Source: Camelus dromedarius
Taxonomy: Eukaryota
Length of the DNA stretch: 64,000 bases
Direction of reading: 5' to 3'
NCBI RefSeq assembly: GCF_036321535.1
Contig: NC_087437.1
Location: 45,510,001-45,574,000 of the forward strand
Made by a program: the position numbers and the translations under genes. Below, piece after piece: positions 63,361-64,000 of this stretch (position 1 is its first letter; each line of letters opens with the position of its first letter). The notes under the pieces were generated by a model. The model had not been told where the DNA came from. It ran no database searches and saw nothing but the letters and a program-made list of their open reading frames with translations.

Positions 63361-63659
63361 TGCTGACTCAAAATAATAGTACTGGGCTGACTTATAAGAA
63401 ATGTCTTCTCACTGCATACAGTAAGGAGCCAGAAGAACAGAGAAAAAATAAGAGCAAAGTAAGAGAAGGAATTTTTTGCCAAGAAGACTTAAGAAAAGGG
63501 ATTTTGTGCAAATCCGTATAATAAATACAAGGAGACAAAGCACAAAGCACTTGAGGGTCCCAAATAATAGCTAAAACTTAGACACATCTTCATAATTATA
63601 TAATTATATGTGATAGAATCTTCTAGGTTCTATTCCATGCTACCACAGTGCACTATAAT

Positions 63660-63815
63660 TATCTATTTTCACCTAAGTCTCCCTGCTGGACTGAGGATGT
63701 GGTCAGAGTCCCATTCACCATTGAATCTGCAGAGCTTAGAACGGAGACTGGTACACAGCAGATATTCAAATAGTGTTGAATGACTGGATGGCAGAATGAA
63801 TGAATGAATGAATGC
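63660..63815 (+). mobile_element. L2 3' end
   Basis: GTCTCCCTGCTGGACTG...TGGTACACAGCAGATATTCAAATAGTGTTGAATGA...(GAAT)n tail. Confidence 0.65.
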
Positions 63816-64000
63816 TTCAGACACAAGTTAACATTTATATATGGAAAACACTGTGAGATTTTCAGAGAAGGAAAAGAACTATGAAGGGATGAAGCAGTTA
63901 AGTTAAATATCTTAAGGAGGTAGGTCTTTATGTGGATTACACAGAATGAGTGGAACTTTACATTGAGATGAGAACTCACTGAAAAATGACAAGCTGTCAC

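Noticed and set aside
1..64000. CRISPR arrays, operons, rRNA, known miRNA or snoRNA genes
   Set aside because: The sequence is mammalian. I saw no regularly spaced repeat-spacer array and recognised no structured RNA gene; an Rfam/miRBase scan was not possible.

Overview
Mammalian genomic DNA, AT-rich and repeat-dense. It is most likely camelid (camel/alpaca/llama), because three tRNA-Ala-derived SINEs resemble vic-1 and I saw no Alu, Bov-tA or PRE-1 elements. I could not recognise any host protein-coding exon. The dominant feature is a young, full-length, + strand LINE-1 (34321-41438) flanked by a perfect target-site duplication. It has a ~1.7 kb CpG-rich 5' UTR, an intact ORF1, an unusually long 404-nt inter-ORF spacer that holds its own 75-codon ORF and a splice-acceptor-like tract, and an ORF2 broken by one in-frame TGA. 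The rest of the window is older L1/HAL1, L2, MIR, MaLR/ERV solo LTRs, hAT DNA-transposon relics and microsatellites. Almost all L1 sequence lies on the + strand, and several exon-like segments lie on the - strand. Together these suggest an intron of a minus-strand transcription unit or a lncRNA, which is inference only. Family names and boundaries of old repeats come from recalled consensus motifs and are approximate; no search was run. I found no clear novel biological system; the best candidates for something undescribed are the regulatory and translational features of this camelid L1.
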